Assembly: GCF_056746865.1 (NCBI RefSeq)
Contig: NZ_CM163382.1
DNA: 64,000 nt
Strand: one strand, 5' to 3'
Shown: positions 1 through 12,482 of the stretch, piece after piece
Layout of the letters: each line of letters opens with the position of its first letter
How positions within the stretch are numbered: position 1 is the stretch's first letter
Position numbers and translations under genes: made by a program
The notes under the pieces: model-generated
Databases searched by the model: none
Seen by the model: the letters and a program-made list of their open reading frames with translations, nothing else
Told to the model about the DNA's origin: nothing

Positions 1-699
1 CCATGCACCAGGCTGAGTGCGTTCCAGTTCCGGCCAAATATCGGCAGAAAGCACATAGCGACCAACGGCCATGATGTCTGAGTCCAGCGTCTGCGGCTGA
101 TCCGGTTTTTCGATGAATTCAACAATGCGGCTGACTTTACCTTCGCGGTCCAGCGGCTCTTTGGTCTGGATGACAGAGTATTCAGAGAGGTCACCCGGCA
201 TACGTTTTGCCAGCACCTGGCTGCGGCCCGTTTCGTTGAAGCGCGCAATCATGGCAGCAAGGTTGTAGCGCAGCGGGTCGGCGCTGGCGTCGTCGATCAC
301 AACGTCTGGCAGCACCACGACAAATGGATTGTCACCAATGGCAGGTCGTGCACATAAAATGGAGTGGCCCAAACCTAAAGGTTCGCCCTGACGCACGTTC
401 ATAATTGTCACGCCCGGCGGGCAAATGGACTGTACTTCCGCCAGCAGTTGACGCTTCACGCGCTGTTCAAGGAGAGATTCTAATTCATAAGAGGTGTCGA
501 AGTGGTTTTCGACCGCGTTCTTGGAAGCGTGAGTTACCAGGAGGATTTCTTTGATCCCTGCAGCCACAATCTCGTCAACGATGTACTGAATCATTGGCTT
601 GTCGACGATCGGTAGCATCTCTTTGGGAATCGCCTTAGTGGCAGGCAACATATGCATCCCAAGACCCGCTACAGGAATAACTGCTTTTAAATTCGTCAT
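1..699 (-). CDS. galF: UTP-glucose-1-phosphate uridylyltransferase subunit GalF, N-terminal ~233 codons; gene runs off the window start
   Basis: Minus-strand translation from ATG (complement of 697-699) reads [14 protein letters not shown]..., a nucleotidyltransferase N-terminus; frame stays open to position 1; lies downstream of wcaM as in E. coli. Not in the ORF track because it is truncated. Confidence 0.85.
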   Translation of the reverse strand, partial: MTNLKAVIPVAGLGMHMLPATKAIPKEMLPIVDKPMIQYIVDEIVAAGIKEILLVTHASKNAVENHFDTSYELESLLEQRVKRQLLAEVQSICPPGVTIMNVRQGEPLGLGHSILCARPAIGDNPFVVVLPDVVIDDASADPLRYNLAAMIARFNETGRSQVLAKRMPGDLSEYSVIQTKEPLDREGKVSRIVEFIEKPDQPQTLDSDIMAVGRYVLSADIWPELERTQPGAW

Positions 700-873
700 T
701 ATTTCATCCACCTGTAAAATGGTTGCTGAATTATAGCTTGTTCGATTTTTTTCGCCAGCATCAATTACCCTGAATTGATTACTGAATTACTTGTGATGTT
801 ACGCCGCTTCGTTGTGGATTGCAGTAGCATTGTTCCTAAGTATGGCTCCATTTTTCCAGGAATGGTCGCAAAT

Positions 874-2268
874 CTACTCTCTCCGTTCCGGCAATCTAAA
901 GTTAATCTTTTCCACATTAACAATATGGTGATTAATCCTGTCGATATCGACGGAGCTTTGCCCTCTTTCATTCACCGCATGAACATTTGCAAGAGACAGC
1001 AGTGTTTCTTTTTTCGCCATAAACACGCCGCGAACGTCTTTGCGCATGTCGAAGTTCATGCTCAATGCGGGTCCAACTGAGGATTCCTGCATCACATTGA
1101 TATTACGCATAAAAAGATGTTGCGGTTTGTTGTGTAACTCCAGCGACGCACGCTTCATCTCAATGTTAGTCAGCGCCACAAAGGAGACAGCATTCCCGGC
1201 GGAGATTTGAATGCCGCGCAATTTATAAGCAAGATGAGTATTATCCAGTTGAATATTATTCACCCGGAAATTCTGCGGTATCGAGAGATATTTGCCTTTA
1301 ATTACCCCATAGCCGATTAACATCCCGGCACTATTAATCATTTCAATATTATCAATCACAAAGTTGTCACAACCATAAATAGCAACTGTGGCGTTATCAA
1401 TACCTGCTTTCTTACTGAAATCCGGCGTGATATTACGGGCTTTGATATTACGAATAACAAAATGTTTACCATTTTCAACATGGATCAGTTGCCGACAATC
1501 CGATCCCGTGATATTCGCCACGACAAAGTTTTTCACTGCCTGGTCTTCCGGGTAGTTGTTATCATAAGTGCTTCCCGCAAGACCTATGCCAATGCCCCAG
1601 TTGATTTTGCCGTTAGTACAGTTGATGCGCTCGATGACATGGTCAGATATCAAAATATCACGGTCGTTAATCGCCACGTTCCATTCAATAGCGTCGCCCT
1701 GTAAGTCACTGAACTTACAGTTGGTGATGTTGGCACCGATAATCTGATTATGAAATCCCTGGCGTAAGATGGCGTAATTAGCGTGGCTGACAGTGAGGTT
1801 ATCGATGGTCAGGTTGCGCATGACCCGTTTGTTTTTGCCGCCGATATAAATCTGCGTTACCGGATCAAAGCCGCTCATCGCCAGCCCTTTGATGGTGCAG
1901 TCAGAGCCGCGCACATCCAGGGTGATGTTATGCATACTGCCGCCCTCCTCCCCTGTCACCTGGCTGCCGTCCTGTAAGACAAATCGCCCTCTGCCGTTGC
2001 CGCGCAAGCTTCCAAGAATGTGTAACGTTTTACCGGGAGGGATAAAGATGCCGGTGTTGATATTGTCACAAACCAATCCGCCAGGCACGACAACCGTTTG
2101 CCCTTCGCTGAAGGCTTGTTTAAATGAGGCGATCCAGTCGTGAGGGTTGTAGTCGTTAATGTTTACGCTTTGTCGGGCGGATAGTGCACGAGCGAAAGGG
2201 GTATGGAGGAAGGCAAGCGCCGAGCTTGCCGTCAGGAAGGTGCGTCGGGAGAGTTTTTTAAATGGCAT
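874..2268 (-). CDS. wcaM: colanic acid biosynthesis protein WcaM (464 aa; twin-arginine-like signal [20 protein letters not shown])
   Basis: ORF track 464 aa; length and position at distal end of wca cluster match WcaM. Confidence 0.9.
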   Translation of the reverse strand: MPFKKLSRRTFLTASSALAFLHTPFARALSARQSVNINDYNPHDWIASFKQAFSEGQTVVVPGGLVCDNINTGIFIPPGKTLHILGSLRGNGRGRFVLQDGSQVTGEEGGSMHNITLDVRGSDCTIKGLAMSGFDPVTQIYIGGKNKRVMRNLTIDNLTVSHANYAILRQGFHNQIIGANITNCKFSDLQGDAIEWNVAINDRDILISDHVIERINCTNGKINWGIGIGLAGSTYDNNYPEDQAVKNFVVANITGSDCRQLIHVENGKHFVIRNIKARNITPDFSKKAGIDNATVAIYGCDNFVIDNIEMINSAGMLIGYGVIKGKYLSIPQNFRVNNIQLDNTHLAYKLRGIQISAGNAVSFVALTNIEMKRASLELHNKPQHLFMRNINVMQESSVGPALSMNFDMRKDVRGVFMAKKETLLSLANVHAVNERGQSSVDIDRINHHIVNVEKINFRLPERRE

Positions 2269-2278
2269 GCGTTCTCCT

Positions 2279-3499
2279 CTATAAAGCCTGCAGCAAGCTG
2301 GCGAGTTCTCGGTTAATCACCTGTTGGTTAAAATCGTGTTCGACTTTTTCGCGCGCACGTTTGACGACCGGCGCCAGTTCGTCGGTGTCCAGTTGGCTAA
2401 ACGCCGCCAGTCGTTGCGCCAGTGCGCGAGCATCGTTCTCAGGCACCAGCCAGCCGGATTTGTCGGCCTCAACCAGTTCTGGTATTCCGCTATGCAGAGT
2501 TGAAACAACCGGAATGCCGACCGCCATTGCTTCCATTAGTGCCACCGGAATGCCTTCCATATCACCATCCGCACCTGTAACCGATGGCAACAGGAAGACA
2601 TCCGCGTCGTCGAGCATCGCTTTCACTTCGTGGCTCGGTTTAAAGCCCGGCATCTCTACCACATCTTCCAGTTGATATTGTTCGATGAGGGTGCGCAGGC
2701 GTCGTTCCCACGGGCCAATGCCGAGGATGCGATAGCGAAATGCCACGCCCTGCTCTTTCAACTGACGGCAGGCTTCGATCGCCACATGCAGGCCTTTTTT
2801 CTCGGTTAAGCGTGCGACGGAAATGATTTCCAGCGGCGTTGCGGGCGCTTTCACCGGACGCGGGCTAAAACGCGTCATGTCCACGCCCATGCGCGATACG
2901 GCGATTTTTTCCCTCGGGCAGCCCATTTTTTGCAGCCTTCCGGCCCACAGATTGCTTATTGGTAACATCAGGTCGCCACGGCGAAACAGTTGTTGATATT
3001 CGGGAGTGTAGTGGTTGAGCACTTCCCGACTGGAGATATCAATACCGTGGAAGATAGTGGCAATTTTGCCGCGAATGACACCCAGTTCGCGTAGTTTTGC
3101 CGCGGTTACCCCAGCAGGGCCAAAATGAGCGATAAACACATCGGCATGAAACGGTGTTGCGACCTGGCCGCAAATGGCAGACAAAATCAGGTTCCGCGAC
3201 TCGGCACCATAGCGTTTGAGGTTAAGCGCCTGCCAGGTATTTTTACGATGAATGCCGCGTAAGGTCTGACTGGCTCGGTGGCGCAGTTTCGCCACTTTGC
3301 CCGTAGGTTCGTCCTGTAACCAGCGGGTTCTGGCGGCAAGGTTGTATTTCGTCCATGCCGCGTGGGTGTTCTGGGTGTCGCCTTTTTGCAGCGCGACAAT
3401 CTCCACCTCAAAGCCCATATCAATAAACGCGGTAATTTGATTGAGGATGAAGGTTTCTGACGACAGCGGAAATTTCAATAAGAAGAAGCCGACCTTCAT
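2279..3499 (-). CDS. wcaL: colanic acid glycosyltransferase WcaL (GT4-like, 406 aa)
   Basis: ORF track 406 aa; glycosyltransferase-like C-terminal region; synteny. Confidence 0.9.
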   Translation of the reverse strand: MKVGFFLLKFPLSSETFILNQITAFIDMGFEVEIVALQKGDTQNTHAAWTKYNLAARTRWLQDEPTGKVAKLRHRASQTLRGIHRKNTWQALNLKRYGAESRNLILSAICGQVATPFHADVFIAHFGPAGVTAAKLRELGVIRGKIATIFHGIDISSREVLNHYTPEYQQLFRRGDLMLPISNLWAGRLQKMGCPREKIAVSRMGVDMTRFSPRPVKAPATPLEIISVARLTEKKGLHVAIEACRQLKEQGVAFRYRILGIGPWERRLRTLIEQYQLEDVVEMPGFKPSHEVKAMLDDADVFLLPSVTGADGDMEGIPVALMEAMAVGIPVVSTLHSGIPELVEADKSGWLVPENDARALAQRLAAFSQLDTDELAPVVKRAREKVEHDFNQQVINRELASLLQAL

Positions 3500-4776
3500 T
3501 TCGCCTCCCCGATGCGCTCAAGCACAGATTGCACCATCTGCATTCCTGTCTGACGCTCACGACTGACGGCTTCGTTAAGTCGTGTATTCAGCGCAGGAAG
3601 CTGGCCTAAGGTATCCGCAACCATCGCTTGCAGGCTGCCGTCTAATAAATGACGGATATCAATTGCCATCTCTGGTAGCCCCAGTTGTTGCATAATCCCG
3701 GCGGATTTATGTTCATAGTTGATGGCAATCGCCGGAGTGGCAAAGTTCATCGAGATAATGGCAGAGTGCAAGCGCGTACCGACGGTGAGTTCACAGGCCG
3801 CCAGAATTTTGCCCATTTCCAGATCGTTGAGTTCATCCATCACTACGTGATAACGGGCAGGATCGCTGATGTGCTGGCGCAGGTTGAGCGCCACCATGCG
3901 GTCGTCTTTGTTATAGCTGTCGATGCCCGTACAGGTGGAGAGCGCAATCACCTGATACCCTTCGTCGAGAATGCGATTGACCACCCCGGCAAAGGCTTTT
4001 TCATACGCTTGTTGAGTGGTGCCGAGACGTTTGTCGAACGGTGCCAGTTCGCGCAGGGTAATTGCCACCGTTTTCTGTTGTGCGGCAACGTCCAGCCAGT
4101 GTTGAACGGCATAGCTGGCGGTGAAGTCTTCTGTGTGGTGATCGACCAGCCACGCGGTATCGACGCCATGTTCCACTTTTGCAGTGGTGATATTGCTGCG
4201 TTTCATTAGATCGAGGCTAACCGACTCGCGCAGGATCAGCGCGTCACAGTGACCAAAAACGTAGTTCGCCAGTTGGTTAAATTGCTCATCCTGGAACGGG
4301 CCGACGCTGTGACCAATCATAAACAGCGGCTTTTTCGCCATAAATGTGCAAAGCGCATGTTCAAACTGCGGCACACCGTAGAGATCGACAAAAAACGATC
4401 CGCCGACCTGAATAATGGCGTCGTAACCTGACAGCAGGCGCACGAAGTCGGTGAATCCCTGGGCGATGGCGATATTACGCAGCTTGCCAGTGTCGGTGAC
4501 GCGTGAGAGCAATACCTGATGCTGGTAGCGGCGACGGAGGACTTTTTTAACGCGCCCGACAACGCCCGCCGCGCTGTTGTGTTGTTTCATTTGCAGGAAC
4601 AGCGGATCGCCCATTACCGGGCGGTTGAGCAGCCAGGAAGAACTGACCGGATAGCGGCTCATCACGTCCACTTCGGCGTGTGGATTGAGGATGTTGATGG
4701 CATCAAGTAAGCCGCGCAAGATGGCGCTGTCGCCGCGATTGCCGCAAGTGTGGTTGCCCAGAATCAGTAATTTCAT
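3496..4776 (-). CDS. wcaK: colanic acid pyruvyl transferase WcaK (426 aa)
   Basis: ORF track frame 3496..4848; start placed at internal ATG (complement 4774-4776) giving MKLLILGNHTCGNRGD... and 426 aa; 4-nt overlap with wcaL. Confidence 0.88.
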   Translation of the reverse strand: MKLLILGNHTCGNRGDSAILRGLLDAINILNPHAEVDVMSRYPVSSSWLLNRPVMGDPLFLQMKQHNSAAGVVGRVKKVLRRRYQHQVLLSRVTDTGKLRNIAIAQGFTDFVRLLSGYDAIIQVGGSFFVDLYGVPQFEHALCTFMAKKPLFMIGHSVGPFQDEQFNQLANYVFGHCDALILRESVSLDLMKRSNITTAKVEHGVDTAWLVDHHTEDFTASYAVQHWLDVAAQQKTVAITLRELAPFDKRLGTTQQAYEKAFAGVVNRILDEGYQVIALSTCTGIDSYNKDDRMVALNLRQHISDPARYHVVMDELNDLEMGKILAACELTVGTRLHSAIISMNFATPAIAINYEHKSAGIMQQLGLPEMAIDIRHLLDGSLQAMVADTLGQLPALNTRLNEAVSRERQTGMQMVQSVLERIGEAK

Positions 4777-4848
4777 TTTTTCCTCATAAATTTGATGCCA
4801 GGTGAGGCTATGTTTGTTGTGTTCGTTGCCGGAACCGAAAACAGCCAT

Positions 4849-6327
4849 TCACCCCGCCCGTAAAAGCATTTTCATTTTTTCGCTGCGACAAAACTGACGC
4901 TTCACTTCCACTACCAGCGGATGGCGTGACAGCACAATCATCACCACAAACGCCAGCACGCCTGCGGCTATTTGCACCGCCAGCAGCATCCCCAGCGCCA
5001 GTTGCCCTTTCAGCACAATGCCCAGCGCATAACTGACCGCCAGCGTCGGCAGCGAGAGATAAAACGGCAGCCATAAACTCAGGATGTATTGGCGATAACT
5101 GGAACCGAGCACCGGTTTAATCATCACGAAATAGCTCAGAATGGTGTTGATAATCTGCACCAGCAGGAAGCCAAGCGTGACGCCGATTGCGCCCGCCATC
5201 TGCCCACCAATAACAATCGCCGGAATAAACAGAAAGGTTTTGAATACGTTGAATTTAAAGCTGATATCGACCCGCGCTTTCGCCATCAGCAGCGAACCAA
5301 TCGGGTTCCCCACTGAGCGCAGCAGCCCCACCACACACAGCAATTGCAGCACCGGAATAATGCTGTTCCACTTCTCACCAAAGACCAGCGGTACAAAGTT
5401 ATTCGACACCACCATCAGCGCCAGCAGCGCCGGAAAGTTGATAATCCCCACTACCGACAGCAGCTTGTAGAAGTTAACGCGCAGCTTTTCGGTGTCGTCC
5501 TGAATTTTGGCAAATGCCGGAAACAACACGCGGGTGATGATTGGGTTCAGCTTCATCGGCGGCACAACGGCCACGTTGTACGCCAGGTTGTATCCCCCTG
5601 CTACGCCCGCGCCGAGAATACGCGCCAGCACCAGCGTTGAAAGGTTGGTGTTGAGATAGTTGATGATGCTGTCCGCCGTCAGCCAGGCACCAAAACGTAA
5701 GTTTGGTGCCACCGACGCCAGCGAGAAATGAAGACCGGGGCGATAAATTTTTCGACCAAAGTAGCCAAACAGCAGCGTTCTTACCGCACTATTGACCAGA
5801 TAACCGAGGATCGCGGTCATCGCCAGCGGCCAGAAATGGGCGCTAACCACCGTAAAAGTGAAGCCCGCCAGCACCGCGCTGGTTTCGATCATGCCGATTT
5901 TGTTGAACTCCAGCTCTTTTTGCATCAACGCGCGGAACTGCTGCCCGTGGGGGATCACCACAAACGCCAGCGACAATGTTTTAATCAACGGTGCCAGGTC
6001 CGGGTTATTCAGCACGTCGCCGATGAGATCACTCAACAAAAACACCGCCACACACACCACAAGCCCCAGCCCAACGTTCAGCCAGTACAGCGTGGTGAGT
6101 TCAAGGTGGCTGATTTCTTTTCGCTGAATAATCGAGTTAGCGATACCGAAGTCAGAAAGCGTATCTGCCAGCGCGATGATCACCAGCGACACGGTAAGCA
6201 AACCGAACTGGTGGTTGTCGATAATCCGCGCCAGCACGGTCATCTGCACCAGCCCGAGGCCGATGATGATCACCGTGGCAATCGCCGACCACTTCGCGCC
6301 GCTGATGGTTTTTTCACGTAAGCTCAT
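4849..6327 (-). CDS. wzxC: colanic acid repeat-unit flippase WzxC (492 aa, polytopic membrane protein)
   Basis: ORF track 492 aa; highly hydrophobic; synteny. Confidence 0.9.
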   Translation of the reverse strand: MSLREKTISGAKWSAIATVIIIGLGLVQMTVLARIIDNHQFGLLTVSLVIIALADTLSDFGIANSIIQRKEISHLELTTLYWLNVGLGLVVCVAVFLLSDLIGDVLNNPDLAPLIKTLSLAFVVIPHGQQFRALMQKELEFNKIGMIETSAVLAGFTFTVVSAHFWPLAMTAILGYLVNSAVRTLLFGYFGRKIYRPGLHFSLASVAPNLRFGAWLTADSIINYLNTNLSTLVLARILGAGVAGGYNLAYNVAVVPPMKLNPIITRVLFPAFAKIQDDTEKLRVNFYKLLSVVGIINFPALLALMVVSNNFVPLVFGEKWNSIIPVLQLLCVVGLLRSVGNPIGSLLMAKARVDISFKFNVFKTFLFIPAIVIGGQMAGAIGVTLGFLLVQIINTILSYFVMIKPVLGSSYRQYILSLWLPFYLSLPTLAVSYALGIVLKGQLALGMLLAVQIAAGVLAFVVMIVLSRHPLVVEVKRQFCRSEKMKMLLRAG

Positions 6328-6328
6328 A

Positions 6329-7723
6329 TCAATATGCCGCTTTGTTAACGAAGCCTTTGAATACCGTCAGGAAAACGATTTTGATATCGAACCAGACGCT
6401 CCATTCGCGGATGTACTCAAGGTCGAACTCGACGCGTTTTTCCATTTTCTCCAGCGTGTCGGTTTCGCCGCGCCAGCCGTTAATCTGCGCCCAGCCGGTA
6501 ATGCCCGGTTTCACCTTATGGCGCAGCATGTAGCCTTCAATGAGCTGTCGATACTGTTCGTTATGCGCCACCGCGTGTGGACGTGGCCCGACAATCGACA
6601 TCCCGCCAGTCAGCACATTGATAAACTGCGGCAATTCGTCCAGCGAGGTGCGGCGCAGAAAGTTCCCCACTTTGGTGACGCGCGGATCGTTCTGCGTCGC
6701 CTGGGTCACCACTTTGTCGTTCTCCATCACTTTCATCGAACGGAACTTCCACACTTTGATCGGCTTGCCATCCATGCCATAGCGAGTCTGGCGGAAAATA
6801 ACCGGTCCTGGTGAACTGAGTTTTACCGCCAGCGCAATACAGCACAGCACCGGGGAGATCAGCAGCAGGATAAGCGTTGCCAGCACAATGTCTTCTGCAC
6901 GTTTTATCAGGCGGTTAACCCCGGAAAGCGGCGTGTCATACAGCGGCACCACCGGTACGCCGTTCATCTCTTCGATACGTGAATGGAGAATGTTGAAGGT
7001 AAAGACGTCGGGGATCAGCAGCACCGAACAGGTGGTGTCCGCCAATTGATGGACCAGTTTTTTCACTCGCGCGCCGTCGCACATTTGCATCGCGATATAG
7101 ACGTTATGAATCTTGCCCGCTTTTGCATCCTCTACCAGCTGTTGCAGATTGCCCGCCCAGTCGTTAGAAACGCCGCCCGGTTTTGGGTCGTGGTATACGC
7201 CCACCACTTCAAACCCTAACCACGGCTGATTACGGAAGCTCTCCATCAGCATTTGTCCGGCGGCTAAATCCCCCGCTACGGCGACCATGCGCTTGTTATA
7301 GCCATGATTACGCAGCCAGCCCGCCCCAATGCGAATACATGAACGGCAAACCACCAGTCCGATACTGGTCAGCCCATACCACGCCAGCCAGATTTTCAGT
7401 TGCGTGTCGAAATCATTGTTGAACGCCACCAGTCCGGCGCTGAAAATCACGCTTAAGGTCCAGTTTTGTAGCAGCAGGGCAAATTCTGTCGCTGCCCGAA
7501 CACCGCGCCATGAGCGATAAAAATCGGTGATGCCGCCCAACATCTGGAACACCACCAGCGTAATCAGCGCCACCAACAGGTGCATGTAGAGGAATGACAG
7601 TCCGCTCACTTCGCAAACCAGCCATAGTCCGGCAAACATGATGGTGATATCTGAAAAGCGTTGCACCATAGAGATTAACGATGCATTGGTTTTCGCTCGC
7701 TCGCGCTTTTTTAGATTTGTCAT
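6329..7723 (-). CDS. wcaJ: undecaprenyl-phosphate glucose-1-phosphate transferase WcaJ (464 aa)
   Basis: ORF track 464 aa; N-terminal TM segments plus C-terminal sugar transferase motif (VGPRPHAVAHNEQY, DELPQF); synteny. Confidence 0.9.
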   Translation of the reverse strand: MTNLKKRERAKTNASLISMVQRFSDITIMFAGLWLVCEVSGLSFLYMHLLVALITLVVFQMLGGITDFYRSWRGVRAATEFALLLQNWTLSVIFSAGLVAFNNDFDTQLKIWLAWYGLTSIGLVVCRSCIRIGAGWLRNHGYNKRMVAVAGDLAAGQMLMESFRNQPWLGFEVVGVYHDPKPGGVSNDWAGNLQQLVEDAKAGKIHNVYIAMQMCDGARVKKLVHQLADTTCSVLLIPDVFTFNILHSRIEEMNGVPVVPLYDTPLSGVNRLIKRAEDIVLATLILLLISPVLCCIALAVKLSSPGPVIFRQTRYGMDGKPIKVWKFRSMKVMENDKVVTQATQNDPRVTKVGNFLRRTSLDELPQFINVLTGGMSIVGPRPHAVAHNEQYRQLIEGYMLRHKVKPGITGWAQINGWRGETDTLEKMEKRVEFDLEYIREWSVWFDIKIVFLTVFKGFVNKAAY

Positions 7724-7742
7724 CGTTGTTCCTGTTATTAGC

Positions 7743-7766
7743 CCCTTACCCGTAATGGGGTAAGGG
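7743..7766 (-). other. intra-operon stem-loop between cpsG and wcaJ (9-bp stem cccttaccc / gggtaaggg, 6-nt loop)
   Basis: Perfect inverted repeat read directly in the 54-bp cpsG-wcaJ gap. Confidence 0.3.
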
Positions 7767-7777
7767 AAGATCCGACA

Positions 7778-9148
7778 TTACTCGTTCAGCAACGTCAGCA
7801 GAGTTCGCGTTCGCGCTTCCATCAGCGGCACATCACCGCGTGATTCCACATTCAACCGCACCACCGGCTCGGTGTTGGAGGAGCGCAGATTAAAGCGCCA
7901 GTCGGCAAAGGTCATGCTGATGCCATCGGTGCGATCCACCGCCAGCGCCTCGCGGCTAAAGTGCTGTTCCACGCGGTTAATCGCCTCAACGGGTTGTGCC
8001 AGTTTGCTGTTGATCTCACCGCTTGCCGGAAACGCCGCCATCCGGTCGCGCACCAGTTCGCCCAGCGTTTTTCCTTTCAGGCACACCAGTTCGGCGACCA
8101 GCAGCCACGGGATCATGCCGCTGTCGCAGTAAGCGAAATCACGGAAGTAATGGTGGGCGCTCATTTCGCCACCGTAGATAGCGTCTTCCTTGCGCATACG
8201 TTCTTTAATAAAGGCGTGTCCGGTTTTCGACATTACCGGGGTGCCGCCTGCGGCAGTCACCACATCAACGGTGTTCCAGGAGAGACGTGGATCGTGGATG
8301 ATCTTCGCGCCGGGATTTTTTTCGAGGAATGCTTCTGCCAGCAGGCCGACAATGTAGTAGCCCTCAATAAACTGCCCTTTTTCGTCAAACAGGAAACAGC
8401 GGTCAAAATCGCCATCAAAGGCAATGCCCATATCCGCGCCGTGTTTGATGACCGCATTACGGGTGTCGTCGCGGCATTCCGGCAGCAACGGGTTAGGAAT
8501 ACCGTTGGGGAAATTGCCGTCCGGCGTGTTGTGCACTTTGATTAATTCCACTGGTGCGCCGAGGGCTTTAAAGCGGGCTTCAATGGCGTCCACCACCGGA
8601 CCCGCTGCGCCGTTCCCGGAGTTGATCACCAGCTTGAGCGGCGTGAGGTTTTTGACATTGATATAACCGAACAGGTGATCAACGTAAGCGTCACGCAGGT
8701 TGATTTGCCGATAGCGACCGCGTTTGGTTTCATCGACGGGAGGAAAGTCGTTGGCTTCAGCCAGACGCTGGACGTCGCGCAGTCCGGTATCACCGCTGAT
8801 CGGGCGAGCCCCCTCGCGCACCAGCTTCATGCCGTTATAATCCATCGGATTATGGCTGGCGGTAACTTCAATGCCGCCATCCACGCCGAGATGGAACGTG
8901 GCGAAATAGATCTCTTCGGTGCCGGACATGCCGATATCCAGCACATCGACGCCCGCATCCTGTAAACCTCTCGCCAGCGCCAGTTTTAAGGTTTCGCTGG
9001 TGAGGCGGACATCACCGCCTAACACAATGGTTTTCGGTTTGAGAAATTCGCCATAAGCGCGACCAATGCGCCAGGCAATATCTTCATTCAGTTCTTCGCC
9101 TAATTTCCCGCGAATATCATAGGCTTTAAAGCAGGTTAATTTTTTCAT
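7778..9148 (-). CDS. cpsG: phosphomannomutase CpsG/ManB (456 aa)
   Basis: ORF track frame 7778..9196; start placed at ATG giving [17 protein letters not shown]...; phosphohexomutase active-site context TASHNP present. Confidence 0.92.
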   Translation of the reverse strand: MKKLTCFKAYDIRGKLGEELNEDIAWRIGRAYGEFLKPKTIVLGGDVRLTSETLKLALARGLQDAGVDVLDIGMSGTEEIYFATFHLGVDGGIEVTASHNPMDYNGMKLVREGARPISGDTGLRDVQRLAEANDFPPVDETKRGRYRQINLRDAYVDHLFGYINVKNLTPLKLVINSGNGAAGPVVDAIEARFKALGAPVELIKVHNTPDGNFPNGIPNPLLPECRDDTRNAVIKHGADMGIAFDGDFDRCFLFDEKGQFIEGYYIVGLLAEAFLEKNPGAKIIHDPRLSWNTVDVVTAAGGTPVMSKTGHAFIKERMRKEDAIYGGEMSAHHYFRDFAYCDSGMIPWLLVAELVCLKGKTLGELVRDRMAAFPASGEINSKLAQPVEAINRVEQHFSREALAVDRTDGISMTFADWRFNLRSSNTEPVVRLNVESRGDVPLMEARTRTLLTLLNE

Positions 9149-9237
9149 ATCGTTACCCTTTTTCAGGCAATAGTTGGCCCTGACCGAAGCGGCCAATTTT
9201 GTTTTTGTCGTTATTTACACCGCGGTTTCGCATTCAT

Positions 9238-9340
<103 letters not shown>

Positions 9341-9345
<5 letters not shown>

Positions 9346-10777
9346 CCCGTCCGTAGCGATCCGCGAAACGCACCACATCATCCTCTTCGAGATAAGAGCC
9401 GGAGCGCACTTCAATTAAATCGAGCGGAATTTTCCCCGGGTTTTCCAGGCAGTGCGTCGCCCCCAGCGGAATATAAATCGACTCGTTTTCACCAAGCAGT
9501 TTGATATCACCGTCGATAGTGACTTTTGCCGTTCCCGCGACCACTACCCAGTGTTCCGCGCGATGATGATGCATCTGTACCGACAAGCCTTCGCCCGGTT
9601 TCACGGTGATGCGTTTCACCTGGTAGCGGTCGCCCGCGTCGATAGAGTCATATTTGCCCCACGGGCGATAGACTTCGCGATGCACCCGATGCTCATGGCG
9701 ACCATCGGCTTTGATCTGCTCGACCACTTTTTTCACATCCTGCACCGCGTTACGGTCGGCAATCAGCACCGCATCTTTGGTCTGCACCACCACCAGATCT
9801 TTCACCCCGACGGTGGTGACCAGGCCAGATTCGGCGTACACATAGCTGTTTTCAGTTTTGTGATTAATCACATCGCCGTGGCAAACGTTGCCTTCCGCGG
9901 TGTGGGCGCTGATCTCCCATAAAGAGGACCAGGAACCGACATCGCTCCAGCCCGCATCCATCGGCACCACAACGGCATCTGCCGTACGTTCCATGACCGC
10001 GTAATCCACCGACTCTTCCGGGCAGGCCAGAAACGCTTCTTCATCCACGCGAATAAAATCGAGATCCGGATCGACGGCGCTCATCGCTTTTTCACAGGCG
10101 TCGAGAATATCCGGGCGATATTTTTTCAGTTCTTCGAGATAGCGTCCGGCGCGGAACAGGAACATACCGCTGTTCCAGTAATATTCGCCGCTTGCCACAT
10201 AGGCCTGAGCGGTTTCCAGATTCGGTTTTTCGACAAACTGCGCCACTTCAAAGGCCACCGTATCCTGCTCACCCGCCGACACTTCACCGCGACGAATATA
10301 GCCATAACCGGTTTCAGGTAGATCCGGCACAATGCCGAAGGTCACCAGCTTGCCCGCTTCGGCATATGGCATGGCATTACGCACGGCGGCACGGAACGCG
10401 TCTTCATCGGCAATCACATGATCCGCCGCCAGCACCAGCATTAACGGGTCGCTCTCCGGACTATGACGTGTTGCCGCCAGCGCCGCCAGCGCAATGGCTG
10501 GTGCAGTGTTACGCCCTGCCGGTTCGAGAATAATGTTCTCGGTGAGTTTGTTCAGTTGGCGCAGCTGTTCCGCGACAATAAAGCGGTGCTGCTCATTGCA
10601 AATCACCACCGGGCTTTCGCACTCTACGCCTTTCAGGCGGCAGATGGTGGTTTGCAGCATGGTGAGATCGCCTTTCAGGCATAAAAACTGCTTGGGGTAA
10701 AGTACGCGGGAAAGCGGCCATAAGCGGCTACCGGAGCCACCTGCCATCACAACTGGATAGAGTTTCGACTGCGCCAT
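9341..10777 (-). CDS. cpsB: mannose-1-phosphate guanylyltransferase CpsB/ManC (478 aa)
   Basis: ORF track 478 aa; N-terminal nucleotidyltransferase motif ([16 protein letters not shown]), C-terminal cupin-type region; synteny. Confidence 0.92.
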
Positions 10778-10779
10778 AA

Positions 10780-12003
10780 TTATCCCCGAATATCATTTAT
10801 AAATTGACGTAACACGTTCTCTTTATCGAGCGTGCGTTCGGCATATTCACGTGCCACCGTGTTGTGTTTGGGCAGCAGGAGCGCCTGACGAATCCCCGCC
10901 ACCAGCGCCTCGACCGATTCCGGTTCAACGCAAACCGCAATGCCCGGAAAGGTTTCGCAAAGCTGTCCCAGTTCTGTGTGGGCTTCTGCAGTAATCACCG
11001 CGTTACCGCCTACCGCCAGAATATTGGTCAGTTTCGACGGCAATACGGCATCTGCCGCGCCGCGTTTTTGCACCACCAGATGGCAATCCCCCATCTTCAG
11101 CAGTGCGGGTAAAGCGTCATACGATTGCAGCGGGAAGAATTGCATGTTGTGCAGTCCACGCTGCTGCGCCATTTTTTCCAGCCGCGCTTTGCCGCCGCCC
11201 TGCCCGACAATGGCAAAAATCAGCGGTTCATCACGCAGGCGTTCGGCAGCTTCAATAACGTTTTCCAGCCCCTGCTTTTCACCAATATTGCCGGAGTAAA
11301 GAATGATTTTTTTGTTATCCGGCAGGCCAAGCTGGTTACGAAGTGCATCAACATCGGCGTCTGCAACATGCTGAAAACGGGCGATTTCCGACCAGTTGGG
11401 GAAGAAGATGACGTTTTCCGCCGCCACGCCTTTATCGATGGCTTTATTCATCATCGAACGCGAAATCGTGGAGACGTTATCGACGTTATGCAGTCCGCTA
11501 CGTTCGAACGCCGTCGCCAGCTGTGCCACTTTGCCGCCTTTGCCTTTTCCGGCAAGGCCCAGCCCCAGCATGGCATCTACTTCGTAATCCTGAATATGCA
11601 GCACGGTACGCGCACCAGAGAGTTTCGCCAGCAGGCGCATTCCCGGCGTGCAAAACAGCGTTGGCACCACGCCGATAATGCGATCCGGCTTCCAGCGACG
11701 TTGCGCCATCAGAGGAAAGAAACTGCTGACGGCAAAACTGCCGAGATGTAACAGACGTTTCAGGGTGCTCGGCTGTTTTGGCACGTACAGCGGGCAGCGC
11801 CACACCGTGGCGGCCCCCTCTTCTCGTTTGTACCGCCAGGCGGAATAGTTCTCGCCCACCTGCCATTGCGGGTAGTAAGGCGGTGCGGTAATAACCCGCA
11901 CCTCATGACCTTGTGCCGCCAGCCATTCCACCATCTCTCCGGTGTATTTGCCGATGCCGGTTAACTCCGGCGAGTAGTTAATGCCGTAGACCAGTATTTT
12001 CAT
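10780..12003 (-). CDS. wcaI: colanic acid glycosyltransferase WcaI (407 aa)
   Basis: ORF track 407 aa; GT4-like; synteny. Confidence 0.9.
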   Translation of the reverse strand: MKILVYGINYSPELTGIGKYTGEMVEWLAAQGHEVRVITAPPYYPQWQVGENYSAWRYKREEGAATVWRCPLYVPKQPSTLKRLLHLGSFAVSSFFPLMAQRRWKPDRIIGVVPTLFCTPGMRLLAKLSGARTVLHIQDYEVDAMLGLGLAGKGKGGKVAQLATAFERSGLHNVDNVSTISRSMMNKAIDKGVAAENVIFFPNWSEIARFQHVADADVDALRNQLGLPDNKKIILYSGNIGEKQGLENVIEAAERLRDEPLIFAIVGQGGGKARLEKMAQQRGLHNMQFFPLQSYDALPALLKMGDCHLVVQKRGAADAVLPSKLTNILAVGGNAVITAEAHTELGQLCETFPGIAVCVEPESVEALVAGIRQALLLPKHNTVAREYAERTLDKENVLRQFINDIRG

Positions 12004-12482
12004 AATCCGGGTACTCCGGCACGCTTCTCAGCGAGAAAATAGGCGCGGCTGTTAGCGTGAACATTGTCACTGGCGAGCAGTGCGTCCGGCGTCAGCCAGC
12101 GGTAATCGTCATGCTGCTCATCCGGCAGTAACAGCTCTTCTTCCGCTACTCTGAAGCGAAAACCGAGCACCACATAGTGAGTGGTGAAATCCTTGCCGGA
12201 GAAGTTATCGTCATAAAAGTGCTGCCAGACACCGTAGAACTGGCCTGCTGTTATCGGCAGACGCAGCCCCAGTTCCGCCATCGTCAGCCGCTCAAATGCG
12301 GCTTCCAGCGTTTCATCTTTCTGCACGCGCCCTCCCGGCACAAACCAGTAACCCTGCGCCGGGCGGTTGGTTCTTTTGCCAAGCAGAAACTCGCCGCGAC
12401 TGTTCTCGACAATAAAGTCGAGAGAGACAAGCGGTGTGGAGTGCACTACCGTGGCAAAGTCTTCCTGACGTAAAAACATCAT
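12000..12482 (-). CDS. gmm: GDP-mannose mannosyl hydrolase (Nudix), Gmm/WcaH/NudD
   Basis: ORF track 160 aa; two tandem ATG codons at the start, so the true start may be 12479; 4-nt overlap with wcaI. Confidence 0.9.
   Translation of the reverse strand: MMFLRQEDFATVVHSTPLVSLDFIVENSRGEFLLGKRTNRPAQGYWFVPGGRVQKDETLEAAFERLTMAELGLRLPITAGQFYGVWQHFYDDNFSGKDFTTHYVVLGFRFRVAEEELLLPDEQHDDYRWLTPDALLASDNVHANSRAYFLAEKRAGVPGL

Noticed and set aside
765-1080. 68-aa and 101-aa ORFs at the galF-wcaM junction
   Set aside because: Both overlap the 3' end of wcaM on either strand and the intergenic promoter region; no coding signature.
3496-4848. N-terminally extended ORF-track versions of wcaK, cpsG, wcaD, wzc, yegH, udk, mdtA, yegP, yegR, gatY and fbaB
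   Set aside because: Extensions lack Shine-Dalgarno context and would create long overlaps with upstream genes; internal ATG/GTG starts reproduce the recognised N-termini and lengths.
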